Shown here: one piece after another, positions 33,991 to 59,984 of the stretch
How the letters are laid out: the number at the start of each line of letters is the position of its first letter
Position numbering within the stretch: the stretch's first letter is position 1
DNA from: Schizochytrium sp. TIO01
Lineage: Eukaryota > Protista > Bigyra: Labyrinthulomycetes
DNA length: 64,000 nucleotides
Direction of reading: 5' to 3'
NCBI GenBank assembly: GCA_004764695.1
Contig: SMSO01000014.1
Span: forward strand, 4,040,845 to 4,104,844
The notes under the pieces: model-generated
What the model was told of the DNA's origin: nothing
Databases searched by the model: none
The model's input: the letters and a program-made list of their open reading frames with translations, nothing else
Program-made: the position numbers and the translations under genes

Positions 33991-35204
33991 CGTAAGTTGC
34001 AAATCGTTCGATAGCTGCTTCTTTATATATTTTATGGTGTGATCTCATAAAATGCGTTCTTTTTTTATCCTTTATAAGTTCTTCTTTCTGTCATCTCCAA
34101 ATTGACACATGACCATTTTTAGCCATAAAAGGGACTAGTTACAAAATAAGTCAATTCGAAATTCTTTGCGCAATTCCTTTTTGCACTGTTTTCTCCTTCA
34201 AACCTGGTTTTCGCTTTCAATTTTATCGAAAAGCAGAGGGCAATTTAATGTGCTTAGTTACCAAACTATTGCAGAGTAGCTTGTGCTGTGAAGCGTGCTG
34301 ACAAGGATGGTGAACTCAGGAGAAAAAAAAAAGAGGATGATATATGAGTTATTGGGGTTTCGGATCTTGATACAGGCAGAATGAATGTATCATGTCAGTC
34401 CAACACAGGAGCTGCCAGATAGAAGAGCTAGGTTATGTGAGGTGAGATGAAGTTAGGCAGTAGCTGTATATTACTTCAATAATTACTTACAAAGGCTAGA
34501 CCTTTAACCCGAAGCAAGACACTCCTCAACTTTGTCCTATTGAACAAAAAACCTTCCTTTGAATTGCGCATCACTTCCAGGTATATCCCGACAAGACCAC
34601 ACCGTATTCATATACAAGCGTCTCGGGACGAATCGCCTTCAGCACTGTCTCTCTCTTCCTTGATCAAACAGTTAAAAGGGTTGGCAGATCTTTCAGTTTA
34701 ATTATATTTTGAAAATCGAGTTTGATAAAATACACGATATAGTTAAAATTTAGCCTTCATCGGTGGGTCTGATGAAGAGAAGCGTGGATTATATGAGTAT
34801 AAAGACGTAGACACGAAATAAGAAAGGCGTGGCCCTGGTATATGTGTGAGTTGATAAATGGGTTCAGGTTTGTAGTGCCAACTAGTTTTCACTAGCTCGG
34901 CATAGTACTATAGGTTAAGATATAAAGTATTTACACTGTTTCTCGTAGTAGATTTACCACTAAAAAGGGTATCGTTGCTCTCAAAATGACAATTAGACCT
35001 AAGAACAAAAATAAAAATCGAATGAAGTTACTTTAATTATTTTTAAAAGAAAACAAACCCCGTGTTCAATTGGAACAAAGCCTCAAATAATACCAGTAGA
35101 CTGTTTCATTTTGGGAAGCGGGGTCCATCTGCTTATGAGAAACAATGTTGTGCAAGAGCAAACACTAACATATATGAAACATCAATTGCTCAAACTTAGG
35201 ATAA

Positions 35205-47457
<12,253 letters not shown>

Positions 47458-47875
47458 CGCGCAGTAAGTAAAGATCTATACCTCAACCAGCATGTACGTG
47501 CTTGTATCCCTTCAGCTAAGCTAGTGGCACAGCCCCGGTTATGCAGAAGGTTTGAAGCCTGCTGGACATAAAGCGTCAGGGTTGCAAAGCGGCGTGCACA
47601 CGATCTAAGTTACTCAGTTACTATGATTTTCCCTATGTCCTTGAGTGCTCTTGAAACGAAGAGGTATCTTACTAACTCGAACCTAACTCTACCTATCAAA
47701 AGCTATGGGTTCGACCGAGCTCTTTCACTACTATTACTGGAAGATTTTTCGCAGGAGTATTGTGTTGCTGCTGACGTTTCATCACCACTTTCTAACATCA
47801 ATCTAAGGAGTCATACAAGTAAGTGACCATCAAATTAATGATACCTTTAAATGCATCATGCACCCTCTCCTCAGC

Positions 47876-47994
47876 ACATTCGATCATACCACGCGGGTAA
47901 CACCTCATCTCATTCGCACTGAGAAGTAAAGTCGCGTAGGGCCGGGTCAGTAGTATGATAGGGGACTGCATGCGAAGCCCCGGTGTTGAATGTT
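47876..47994 (+). rRNA. 5S rRNA followed by a Pol III T-run terminator
   Basis: About 119 nt; the 5' acattcgat pairs with the 3' gttgaatgt; contains gatcatacc, gaagtaaag and tagtatg..gggactgc..gcgaa; followed by a T run. Confidence 0.92.
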
Positions 47995-49727
47995 TTTTTC
48001 TCCCTTTATTTTTATCTTATCACTACAAGAAAGCAACTCCAAGGGGATATATATTGTGAGGTGAGTATTTAAATCTGCTGAAGCACATCCCCTTGAGACA
48101 GGACGGGAAGATTGCTCAGTCGTTGAAGGTATTGTCTTTATTTCAAATCGACTAAAGCTTTTGCTCGCTGCATCGTGATTCTGCATGTAAACCACCATAT
48201 GTAAGAGTCAAGGGTGCAGAATCAACGAGAAGGACAACATTTTGAATGAGGTGGTCACGGACTCTTCACCATAACTTTTGACATCTTCTGGGGCTTTGTA
48301 CCACGCGTGCTGTACTCATTCTCAATGCAATTTTTAATATCATATTTATCTCCTTCTACAAGTTGTTTGCCTCTTCTACAGTCCAGCGTACCTTGAAAAT
48401 ATAATAATGATTGTCTTGCTCGCAAGAGAAAAGGCTTCCTAGCAGGTGTCCTTTTAGATGCAATTTTTTTCTTTGCATTCTAAAATTGTCAAGACAACGG
48501 AGCGCTCACATCTCTGTTCCTGCCTTATAGATTGGCAACTCACATATTTTCATTACGCGTATATGTAGTTTAATTCTGTTTTGATCCAACTTCACCTGGC
48601 TCAGGCTGGTGCGGTCAAAATCATCGAAAATATCTACATAAATGGAAAATAGTTTACTTGTGTACTTCTGAGTAGATGCTATCATGTCATGGTAGTTTGC
48701 AAATGCTTTGGTTCACCATGATTTTTTCGATGTCTGATTCGTCTTGAGCGCCTAAGCCCAAGCCAGACAACTTTCCTTGCCTATAACTTTAGGACCAAGG
48801 CTATTCATTCACATTAGTTAAAAATAAGTATCTAATTGTAATATGAAATTTATTCAAGAGTGGATTTTGGCAAACCACTAATTTTCACAAATCAAGTGAC
48901 GTAGAGGGCACACCAGTCGTACTATCCCATCATAAATAGTCATTCGATCGCGCATCAGGTTCTTCATGCTCTGGCCTTCTTTCCATCTCCCTCACCCTTG
49001 CTAGGTAATATAGAAAACGAATCAAATTCTTTCATCTTGGCTAAAACCTAAAGCAACAAAAATAATCATTATAGCTCTCCTTCTTTGAAGTGCCTAGTGC
49101 CTACCTAGTTTGTTATTGTAGATCTTTTACTCCAAAAAATATACATCATCATTCTCTCTTTGCACTTTTGGGCAACTATACCTCGGGCTAGATTGTCATA
49201 AAACTAGGTACTTGATGATAAAACTTATCCTTGAGAAAGAAAAGCGATTATCCAACAACATATGAGAGTTACTCATGACTTTTTAGAAACTCTCATTTTA
49301 TTCACATTTGATGATAGGTAAAGTAGCCTCTTGAGAGCAACTACCGTAATAGGTAGCAAGGTGTGGTTGTGTATAAATTTGGTGGTTATCAGATGAATAT
49401 TATGAATAGATGTTCTCATTCCAACGGGTCTTCTGTTCAGCTCCTTAATTGTGGTTGTCTGCCATATTTTTTTTCGAGACCTGTATATTCTCATGTATGA
49501 TTTAGGAGAACAATTGAAGAGAACTAGCCAAGTATGTACTCAAGCAAACCTGCTTAACCTGTGTCTAGGCGAAAGAATGGTTACAGCCCAAGCTGATCTT
49601 AAAGTTTCAAACTGTAATAATGATATTCAGTACACAACATTATCAACTGATATCTTCATTCAGCTTCGTTCATTTCTATATTGCAGAAAATAATCATCCA
49701 AATTCTATGAAAAATGAAGAAGGAAAA

Positions 49728-50958
49728 TCAACTTATTGATTCATGCTGACTCAGCAGCATTTCGAGGACGTCAACTTCTCTGGTAAATTGCTCAAGGTCA
49801 GTACAGACATAAGATCTGCCAAAGTCAATTACCGCCACAGATTCGTCACTCCATAAAAAGTCGTGTAGAGCAACATCATTGTGAAGCACACCAGCCTTGT
49901 GCATTACCATTAAGGCCTCATGAGCACAGTGTTGTATACGGGTGGTAAGCCTTTGCTGTTGTGAAAGTTTGAGGAGCGTATCACTGCCGTACTCAGTAAC
50001 TACAAGGAAGCGCTCCATTTTCGAATAAATCCCACCAAAGATAAATCGAGGCACTGCAGTGCCTTGCAGTTTCTGTAAAGGTCCGCGATACATTTGTATT
50101 TCGTTCACGAATGTAGTTTCAATGGCATCAGCTTCTTCTTGGCGCTTTGGATAGGAAAAAGGGTCTTAATAACTGCATCAGGTCCCTTACCATCATTGAG
50201 AGTCACTCGGGCAATATGGGCTGAGCGAGTCATACAAAGGACTACGTAGGAAGGCTCCCACGGAAGTGGCATCTCGAAGATGCTTCCCCACCTCCATCCT
50301 GCTTGCTTTCTAGATTGAGATACACTTGCACTTGCACTTGAACCTGCGGTCATATTGGCACTATTAGTCTGCAATGGCATGGTAGTTTATACCGAGCTGG
50401 AGCCTTGGCATCCAGACGTTGAGTTCTTTAGTGCACGAAGAACCGAAGCAGTTTCTGCTCTTTCTTCAGCAGCGTCTGCTCTCGCTCGGAGCTGTTGTTG
50501 CATTTGTAAGCAACTTAGCCTACCGCAAATTGCATTTAAAACTCTACTATCAGCATAGTTTTCCAATTCTTTTGTTTCTTCTACAAAGTCAAGCAAGCGT
50601 TTTGGGTCACCGCTTCGAATGCCCTCCACGTAGCCCAAGTCTCTATAGAACGGTGGTCTTCGTCTAAAGAGACATATAAGGTTTCAATGAGCGCCGCTAT
50701 TATATCAACTGAAAGCAAATGTATCAGACTAGGACTAAACTCCTTGTTGATTTCATGAAGCACTAAGCTACTCAGCTCGAGCAGCGTCAGCAGTGCGACT
50801 AGCAGCGAGCTCTGCACATAGTTTCTTTTCTTGGCGGCTCGCTCCTCCCGATTGTCGCATTGCTGGCGTCGGTCTCCAGGCATCTTTTTCTTTCCGCAGT
50901 TTTTCATTATTCCTTTTTCACACACTGATAATATTGCCAATAGAGTGGTTTTACTCAA
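49728..50958 (-). pseudogene. Frameshifted protein-kinase-like gene
   Basis: Consecutive overlapping ORF fragments: AVIK (subdomain II), then NEIQMY..LQGTAVPRF, HKAGVLHNDVALHDFL and VIDFGRS, split across frames near 50105 and 50385. Confidence 0.6.
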
Positions 50959-51446
50959 GTTGCCAAAAAATTCTAACTCATTACTCTAACCAGTGATGAG
51001 TCTGAAGGTGTTGCCTCCTAAGTCTACCCAGCTGTCTCAAACACGGTATATTACCTACGCGCGTGCACAGCATTCTCACTAATTAGAACCTTTAGCCAAA
51101 CCATACCAAATACTCATAGCATACACAAGATATTTTTACTAAATTGACTCTAGTAGTGACTTTGTCCAGAAATAGCGTTTTAGTACACTTTCCAATTTAA
51201 GACGTGGGACTTTCGAAAGTACTAGGCATACATCTATCTTCCTTACCACGCCGGGGGGGGGAACTTGCACACATTCACTTGCAAGAAGCTTGCCTTGCAA
51301 ACGAAGAATGGAGCTATAAAAGTCAGGATCTAGCAATCAACTGAGCATAGCAGGTCTTGGACCACCGCAAGTAGGGCTGTGGTCACTTCTGCCAACTCCG
51401 CTCGTCCAAACTTCGAGGGAAATACCTCACTCTGGCGGAATCACCC

Positions 51447-53876
51447 ATGCAACCCAAAGTGGCAGAGGCCATCGAGGCACTCCAAGAGAATGCTTCCCGC
51501 GTCGAGTAGGTTACTTAGTTTCTGCATGGTAAGAGAAGCCAATCCATGCTATGTGTTCATGGACGAATTCTAATGCGAAGGAACTTTATGTTAATTTTTT
51601 GCTTATTTGCAGGTTGTGTGGGGTCGACATGAGAGAAGATATGAAACATCTCTGCAAGGCTATTGGGTCAAGCAGCACCCTAGCGGCTCTAGAGTAAGTT
51701 TAAACGTGTTGCGCAGGCCTTTGAAGTAGCTTTGATATGTCAAAACTATGATGTCAATCGCACCAAACTGAGACATTTATGCTTTCTACAATGAGAGTTG
51801 GGACTAATTTTTGGCTTGAGTTGATTTTCTAGACTGGCCCGAAGTAGACTTGATAGAGAGGCACTTAATATACTTGCAAAATCTCTTCCATGTAGTTGCA
51901 CTCTTCGAGAGCTCGAGTAAGTTATTCAATGCCTCTTGCTCGACTTTTCCACAAAAACTGTCGAAAGGCAAACGTGATACAAGAGGTCCAGAATGACTTA
52001 CGAGTGTAGCAACTATATCCTTTAGTTTGTCCTACAATACGTTCGGTGCCGAGGAAGTAAAAATCATTACATCTATATTGCAGAAATGTACTATGCTACA
52101 ATATATAAAGTAAGTTTTCCATTTGAGTAGGGTTGTGATGAATAAAATTAACTGATGCATACTGCTGGTGTTTTTTTTTTTTTTTTTTTTCAACGCAGTC
52201 TCCGCAACAATAATCTCAGCACCGAAGCCATTCGTTTGCTTTCACAAATCCTTTGCGAAAACAGGAGTGTGAAAAAGCTCAGGTAGGTTTTCGAGTTTTG
52301 ATGAAGGTAATCAAGCAAATGTTGCAGAGACTAATGACAAAAATGCTTCTATTGCCTGTGTCATATTATCTTCAAAGTCTGCTACATAACTCTATTGATG
52401 ATGATGGTGCAGAACTTATTGCGACTATGATCACCAAAAATTCTTGTCTAGAAGAACTCAAGTACGTTTTGGCTGTCCTTCGACGAAATCCCAGGTTACT
52501 GACTTGGTATTCGTTCGTATTTGAACCAATTTTTTAAATTTAGCATTGGAGATAACTCTATCGGTGACAGAGGTGTCCAGGCCATCGCTTTAGCCCTGCA
52601 TCAGAACCACACCTTGAAAACTCTCGTGTACGTTCAATTTGGTATTGGTCTTTAAAATATGTGTGATTGAAGTCTGACAGCTTCATTGGTGGTGATGAGG
52701 GGGATGAAGACTTTGGCAAAATGAACTAGGGGTTGGATCCTATCAAGCAATAGGCGATATGCTTCGTCAAAACGAGACGTTAGAGGAATTGGAGTAAGTT
52801 TTTCGAGTAGTGCATTTCAAACAAATAGACTCTGACGTTGTCGTATAGCTTGGGAGGAAATCCTACGAACACATTTTCTATCGGAGCCTTGGCTGACTCT
52901 CTCGCAGAGAATAAGTCGCTTACATCATTAGAGTACGTTCGATCAAAGTTTTCCAGGTTGAAAATGTTTATACTCACCCTAGACCGCTCATACTTAGTCT
53001 CTATCCGAACGAACTCAGTGTTGACGACATAAATCGGCTTGCACGGTCGCTGAGGTATAATAGATCCTTGTTGTACATCAAGTAAGTTGTAATTGACCAC
53101 GCAATGGAAGCAAAGAAATAATCAGTGTGTGAGTAACTTTAAAAAGAGAGACAAACCAAGTCTCAATCGAACGGTTTATTGACATACCGAAACCTACTGA
53201 TAGCCTTTACTGCTGCAAGGATTCTAAGGTGATGGTAGAGGCAGCCAGGTAAGTTCAAAGTTTCCTGCATAAATATGGATTGCGTGTCAGCCAACGCTAA
53301 CAAAGAGGGAGAAGCACAAAAAGCCAAGTGGAACACGAGCTTCGCCTCACAAAGGCTTTACAAAATGCGAGGACGAGGTTATCGTGCATGGACGAACTTC
53401 TTAGTGCGTACGCAATCTCAAAATTTCTCAACTTACCTCTGCAAGGGCTGTGTACGGAAGAGATCAGCAAGATCACCCGTGGTCGTGCCCCAGACATAGA
53501 TCATCCAAAACTTCGTGAACGATACGACCTTGAGGCGGAACTTTTCTATCATGAAATTTCTATACCCAAAGCACTCATGGCTACAATGCCTGTACTTGGT
53601 AGCTTTCTGAACGACGGATTGTTTGAAGAAGAAGAAGAAGAAGAAAGTGCTAGTGCCTATATGATTGCAAATCAAACTGGATTCAACGATGATGTCATTA
53701 CCCCCAACATTTACTTGAGTGGTGATGAGGCTGTCCCAACTGATTCGGGGGATGACGAGACATATGTTTATGGAGGTCAAAATTGGTCGATAGATGGTGA
53801 AACCCACACACATGCCTCACTGGATGACCAGATAAGCCCTCAGCGGGATAGATCAATTTCAGAAGTTTCGTTGTAG
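51447..53876 (+). CDS. Gene D: multi-exon RI-type LRR protein with about 9 diverged LRR exons and an acidic C-terminus
   Basis: Exons 51447-51505 (MQPKVAEAIEALQENASRV), 51613-51693, 51833-51916, 52026-52109, 52199-52282, 52378-52461, 52544-52627 (IGDNSIGDRGVQAIALALHQNHTLKTL), 52710-52793, 52849-52932, 52998-53081, 53204-53248 and 53306-53876. All introns are GT-AG, phase 2. Confidence 0.82.
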
Positions 53877-54043
53877 CCAAGAGTTTTCTAAAACATTAAC
53901 ACAGGTTATATTCTACAAATGACTGACAGCCAAAAACTAGACTTAAAAGAGCTATGGAGGGGGGCGTGTCTACATCAGACTTGAGAAGTCTAGACAGCAG
54001 GCAGGAACTGTGAGCAAATTGATTCACGCATCACTTGAAGCTA

Positions 54044-56768
54044 CTAAACGGTGTCTTCAATGAGGAAGGGAGGGAATAAAAGCGATCTCTTGGAAAAAAG
54101 CTCGGTACACTTTCTTACTCGCTCAATACTTGCTTGGAGCTCTTGAAGAAGCTTTAATTTAGGATGAACGTCTTGCTGGCTACCTAAATGGGTGGACTGA
54201 ACCTGGCCGGGTTGCGAGCGCTTGTTTTGCCAGGGAAAACCGAAGCGATCGGAAATAATTAGCACAGCGTGCATCTCAGCGCAAGTTTGCTTACATTCTC
54301 TCAGTTTCTCTTGGGCGGCTTTAACACGCTTTGTCAGATGTAGCTCACTCAAAACAATCACATCGCTGGAATCAGAATGAATGGGAAAGTACCAACGTTT
54401 CAGCCGGTTAGTTTTCATATCAACAATATCAATAAGAGCTCAATCGGTCTGCGACACTTACTTTGACATGCTGTGTATGATAGTTATATTTGTAAGCAAT
54501 GATGACTACTAGTTAGCACCCATGTTGGTTAGAACTTCATGTAATGGAGGGTGCAGAAAACTTACCTGGATAAAGAGATTTGCGTCAGCACAGTATTTTG
54601 TCGGAGACTTTCCCTTATTAGCATATCCCCGTCAGTAGTAATATCATTCTCGTCGAGCCTTCAAAGTTGTAGAAGTTAGTACCACTTGGTAATATCTATA
54701 GAGCAAGGAATATAAACATAATCTTACCTAAGTGAACTGAGCTTCGAATTGGCTGATATCATGGCCGCAATGTGTTGTGCACCTCTATCGGTAATGAGGT
54801 TTCCACGAAGTCTGTGTCGCGAAACAATAGTATGATGCATTAGGAAAAAAGCCCCTCCCTCTTTTTTTAAAAATAAAAAACTAACTTACTCTGCCTTTTC
54901 CAAAGAAGAGTTCTGTTCAAGTGCTTCAGTGAAAGCTTTCACACCATCATCTCCAATCTCATTATCGTTAAGGCTTCCCATGGTGAAAACATACTGAACG
55001 TCAGGCGAAAAACTCAGCATCGATAATCAACTATAGAAACACTTACCCAATCTCAATAAGGCTTTTATTAACTAGCAAAGCTGCTGCCACATGTTTAATT
55101 CCTTCATTTCCGATCTCATTCGAGTTTAGTCTTCGTTTGAAATAAAATTTTGCGAAAGAAATCATGTTCTGTCAGTCATTACGATCTTCATGTGTTGATT
55201 TGTAAACAGTGCTTCTTACCCTATTTCCCGCAGAGTGGTATTCTTGCAAAGTGCTTCTGCTAACATTTTTGCGCCTTCAGGTCCAATATTATTCTCATTT
55301 AGGCTGTTTTCACAGTATGGAGAAAAATAACGATGTCAAAGACTCAGCCTGTTTTCGTTAATTTTTACTTTTTTTAAATGCCCAACGCACGCCATATCAC
55401 CAAGCAACTTACCCCAGCTCGAGAAGAGAATAGTTTGATTTTAGGGATGATGCTAAATCGCGTATTGCATCATCTCCAATATCATTGGTGTCAAGACTGT
55501 CGTTCGTGTTCAGTTTTTTTAAGTTAGATCGGAGGTCAGAAGTTTTAGCTTTTACGATTGTCGACCACAAACAATCTGCGAACGGTTCCTACTTACTAGA
55601 GCTTTTGTAAGGTTCTGTTTACTTCGAGACTTTGTGCTAGGTCTTTAATACCCTCCTTGCCAAACTGGTTGATGGAGAGACTGTAAATCTCAGAATATCG
55701 GAATAATAAAAAAGAAGAGAAAAAAACTATGATTAGGAAACCGAAAAAGGCATACTGTCATACCACTCAACAACACTCAAACTTACCCTAGCATTTTCAG
55801 CGATCTATTTGTTAATAGTGCACTTGAAAGATATTTTAACCCCAGATCTTTCACGTCATTTTCACGGAGTCTAGCAACCAGTGTGTCGATGGGTTAGCTT
55901 CAAACTTCAACAGGTGGCACCACAGGTTAACTTACTTGAGCATTCGTAAAGATGAATTATATTTGAGTGCTTCAGCAAGAATGGTGATTCCCTCATCACC
56001 AATCTCGCTCCCGTTAAGGCTGTTGAAGAGAACCACAGCGTGGGAACATCAAGAGTTAGTGGTATAATCGATAAAGGGAACGAGTTTTGAAGCTCATATC
56101 ACTTACCCAAGAACCTCTAGAGCATTTGCTTTCAATACCAATGCGAGAGCTGCTGCCCCCTCACTCCTGATTTTGTTGACACCATAACTGTGTTTGTTGT
56201 TTACCAGATGGCTTGTTCTATTGTCAGTTTCTGGCGTCATTCTATTCTTGATTGAACGAAAAAAGGGTCTTGGCGATCATACTATGTTTCACAATGCAAG
56301 GGGTCAGAATTTACCTACTATAAAGCAACTGACCTCTTTCTCCTGGGCCTATTGATTAGCATTTCGGCGAGTGCCTTGGTTCCCTCAGGTCCAACTTGGT
56401 TATGACGTAAGCTAATAGCGTATAGTCAGATTTGTTGTTGAAAACAAGCATCGTAAATCATAGTCAGTATCGTTCTGTTAGACTGTAGCATGATGCTTTC
56501 ACGTACCTAAGTATCCAAAAATTGGGATTATTTTTGAGGACATTAGCCAATGCTTTGGCACCCTCGTCCCCAAAGTGATACCCATCGCGTCTTTCGAAAA
56601 AAAGAATTGAAAGAAGTTAGAAGTTGTACTTATACATGACATGTTTTGATTCTCCAAAGTGCTTTGGAGTATCATAACCTACTCTATGATTTTCTCTGCA
56701 CGCTGTGCACCCTCAAGATCCAGGTCGCGCGTGTGCCCGCCCTCCGATACTCCAGTCTCAGACAGCAT
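54044..56768 (-). CDS. Gene E: multi-exon RI-type LRR protein with about 11 LRR exons, convergent with gene D
   Basis: Exon 1 is 56683-56768. ~84-nt exons include 56507-56590 (RDGYHFGDEGAKALANVLKNN), 55936-56019 (LNGSEIGDEGITILAEALKYNSSL), 55220-55303 (LNENNIGPEGAKMLAEALCKNTTL) and 54890-54973 (LNDNEIGDDGVKAFTEALEQNSSL). The terminal ORF ends at 54044. Some exon boundaries are approximate. Confidence 0.8.
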
Positions 56769-59700
56769 CTTCGCGTCGCTGGTTTGTTAAGTTCGCAAGG
56801 TAGACCACAACAGCTTTATTTCCTGCATTCACAGACTTGTCTAGTACACTGGAGGGCGTTCGGCTACCACAGCTTATGTCTGTTCTGATCCAGCTGGTCT
56901 TGGGTTGTCAACTCCCAGCTCTTGGGTGCTCCAAAACTTGGATCCCTCCCGTTATAACTTCTTATAAATAAGGATAGCGAAAGTACCTTGTCCAGTGATA
57001 AGTAGTACCTACCTTATATTCTTAATGTTCATGTACTACATTCTACATACTAGGCTACTAACGGTATCTATTTTATGCAACCTAGGATTTGTACAAAGTA
57101 ACCTTAATGATTATGAGTTTAACAAAAAGAAAAGAAAAGAAAAGAAACAAAGTAAGCAAAACGATTACTTGAGACTATGCATGGGTAAGAACTCAAGAAA
57201 AACATAAACGCAGTGAGATATAGTATTTTACTTGTAAATACAGGATAAAGCGCGGATGCGAGGCCCGATGGCATTCTACCTCAAGTACTTGGAGTGTTAA
57301 GAAGTGAAACCAGCTTGTTTTTTTTCTGACAGCCTCTTCAAATGTTTTCCAGACTTGAAAGCAAACTCATTCAATGATGAATATCGCGGAATAGAAAACA
57401 TTCATTAATTAATATCAGGATCGAGCATTTTAATACGGTTTACTTTTAAAGTCAACCTGGCTCATCGTCGACGAGGATTCCAATGAAAACGTTGAAGCAC
57501 ATTTTCCTGGATTGGGCCTATCAAGCTCAAAAGGAAATCATTTCCCCTCGCAAAATTTTCGCCAGCAGCTGTTCTAGAAGCAGATCATTCTTGATTCTTC
57601 AGTTTCATCATGCATGCCCCACTACCTAACACAATAAGTATAAAACTGTCTCCTTCGTAAGCAGCTTCAGGGAATCTAGTCTTTCTAGTGTTACTGCAGA
57701 ATGGTGAAATCAACACTCAAGTGTTGCTTCTACTTCTGCTAAGAACGTGTTACAATACTTAGATTATATAAAAGTGCCTGCCATTCTTCACTGGCACAGT
57801 CTTCAAATTGAAAAAAGAAGATAATCAATTTTCCAATATGTTTTGCCACTTTTCAAAGCCACTCAATCAGGAATTAGGAGCTGTGCTTTTCTCACGACTA
57901 GTAAAAGGAATACATTCGATCGAAATCGGAGCTCACACTATAGGTCGGTATTTTCTACTGTCATGGAATAAGAACACAATCATGCAACGCACAAAAGCCA
58001 TCGTTTAAACTTACTACTAGAAAACGGAATCATATCTCGTACTTGATTTTTAGGAGGGTATACTGGAGCCTTGCTATATGGAAATCACCGTGGTTCCTTT
58101 AAAAATCACGTTCAATACTTGGGGTATTCTCGCTAGCGTGGTCTGTGGGTTTCTTCAAGGTGGTTTGTTCGGGTTCCTCAACCACTTGAGTGTATCATGC
58201 TTGTGGTTTTCCCAGCGCAGCATCCACGAAAATGAAAAGTTATGTAAAGGACGATCGATACAACATATGCGTTTATAGATAGTCCTTCTCTAGACTCGGA
58301 AGTATGTAAAGATGGCAAAGTTATATGGGACACTTCGCATTCAAAAAGCACCGAGTATGCCATAGTTAAATTAGAAATGGATTAACACCGACGACTAGAG
58401 AGTCCCCCGGAACTGATGCTGAGTGCATGTACCTTTGAGGTCGGGCAATGATTCTTGTTGTTGCAGTGCCGTCTGCGGGATATATAAGTGCATGAACAAC
58501 TCGACCGGAACAATACCAAGAGCTGTCTGATAACACTAGGTACATTTACAAACCAGGAAATCACCTAGTCTTCACTTCGCATTGAAGTCATTGAGTGAAC
58601 GATAAAGAAACTTGAGGTGCATGGCCTCCCAAATCAAAATAGTTTGGGTGCCAAGAGCACATTTCGTTTTGGAAAGGCCGCTCTTTCAACCCCAAGTTGC
58701 GCAGTGGATATTTCCGACTGAAATTTAGCACGCACCCTTCGATGTTACATTCATTACTCCCCAAGAGAAATGAAGCTTGAGAGAGGGTCTATCTAGTACT
58801 ACCTCGAAGTTGATTTCATTGAACCACTCCAAAGAAACTCTGGCCTTTTCCTTTTTGGTTCAGTGTATTATGTAACCGCATATTACATAACTCCCCCGAT
58901 ATGATAGGTTCCAGTAGCTTTGTAGTTGTCCACTTGGAGCCTTGAACAACTTCTTTCTACTGATCGGATAGTTTTCCACGGCTAAGCCTCTAAGCCTGTC
59001 TTTTGAGCTCCATTTTCTGGCAACATCCGCTTGCACCCACCGAGTTCATTGATTTACGTGCGTCATCAGTGACATGGAATTTTCAACTTTTGGTAAACCA
59101 AACATGTATCGCGCTGTCACTTGCGTGGAGTTTTTGCAAACAGCAGCAAACAGGCAGAGCTCGGGCTTGGATCATCCCGATGACAGAGACTCTAGTATAA
59201 AGGTAGGTAGATTATAGATCTAACCTCGGTTCCTACTACTCCCAAGCATGATCGAGTTGCACTCTCTTCCAAATCCTCGTCACACACTACTAGCTAGAAC
59301 GGCTGTCGGCCTTCAATTGAATGTGATGACGAGTATTCTGCAATCTGCAAGTGCAATACGGCAGAGAACAACTGAAAGTTCACTGCTGGCATTTTCTCTA
59401 TCAACTGAGTTCGTCACAACGAGTCTCAATAACACTTAAAAAAATGATGAGTGATCATTGGTGCCACCAACTACCATGAATGTAAATACATCGAGATTTC
59501 CTTTTGAAAACAATGAATGCCTACTGCGTAGACGTCAAAGCAGCAGGTGGGAGTCTAAGTTGTTGAACTTTATCGCCTCCCCTCGAAAGTCAGAGTTTCT
59601 CATAGATATGCTTAGTGATACAAGATGTAATACTACTCACTACCTAGTAGTCCAGGGTTGCACTGCAGTTGCACACTTTATGGTTTCGTAACTGATTATG

Positions 59701-59984
59701 AATATTACCTTGTGCCATTATCATCAGCGTGTAGGTCCCTAGTGCTACTATTAATAGGTTTTTATGATGTCTCAAGTTTTGCAGGTTTCTGGCAGCAAAC
59801 CCCAAACGCAGGGATATTGTCACAGGCCGATTGCAAGAAAGCAACAGCTAAATCGGTCATATCTTAAGAATTTTAGGCAGTAAATAGTACGGCAACTGCC
59901 TTGGTCTATTTCGCTTGAATAAAAGGAGTAATACATTTGAAGTTAGTGCTGATAGACCTATTGGCTGCTTACTATATATTGAAG

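Noticed and set aside
57200-59900. Possible degraded coding or mobile sequence
   Set aside because: Only short ORFs with no recognisable motifs.
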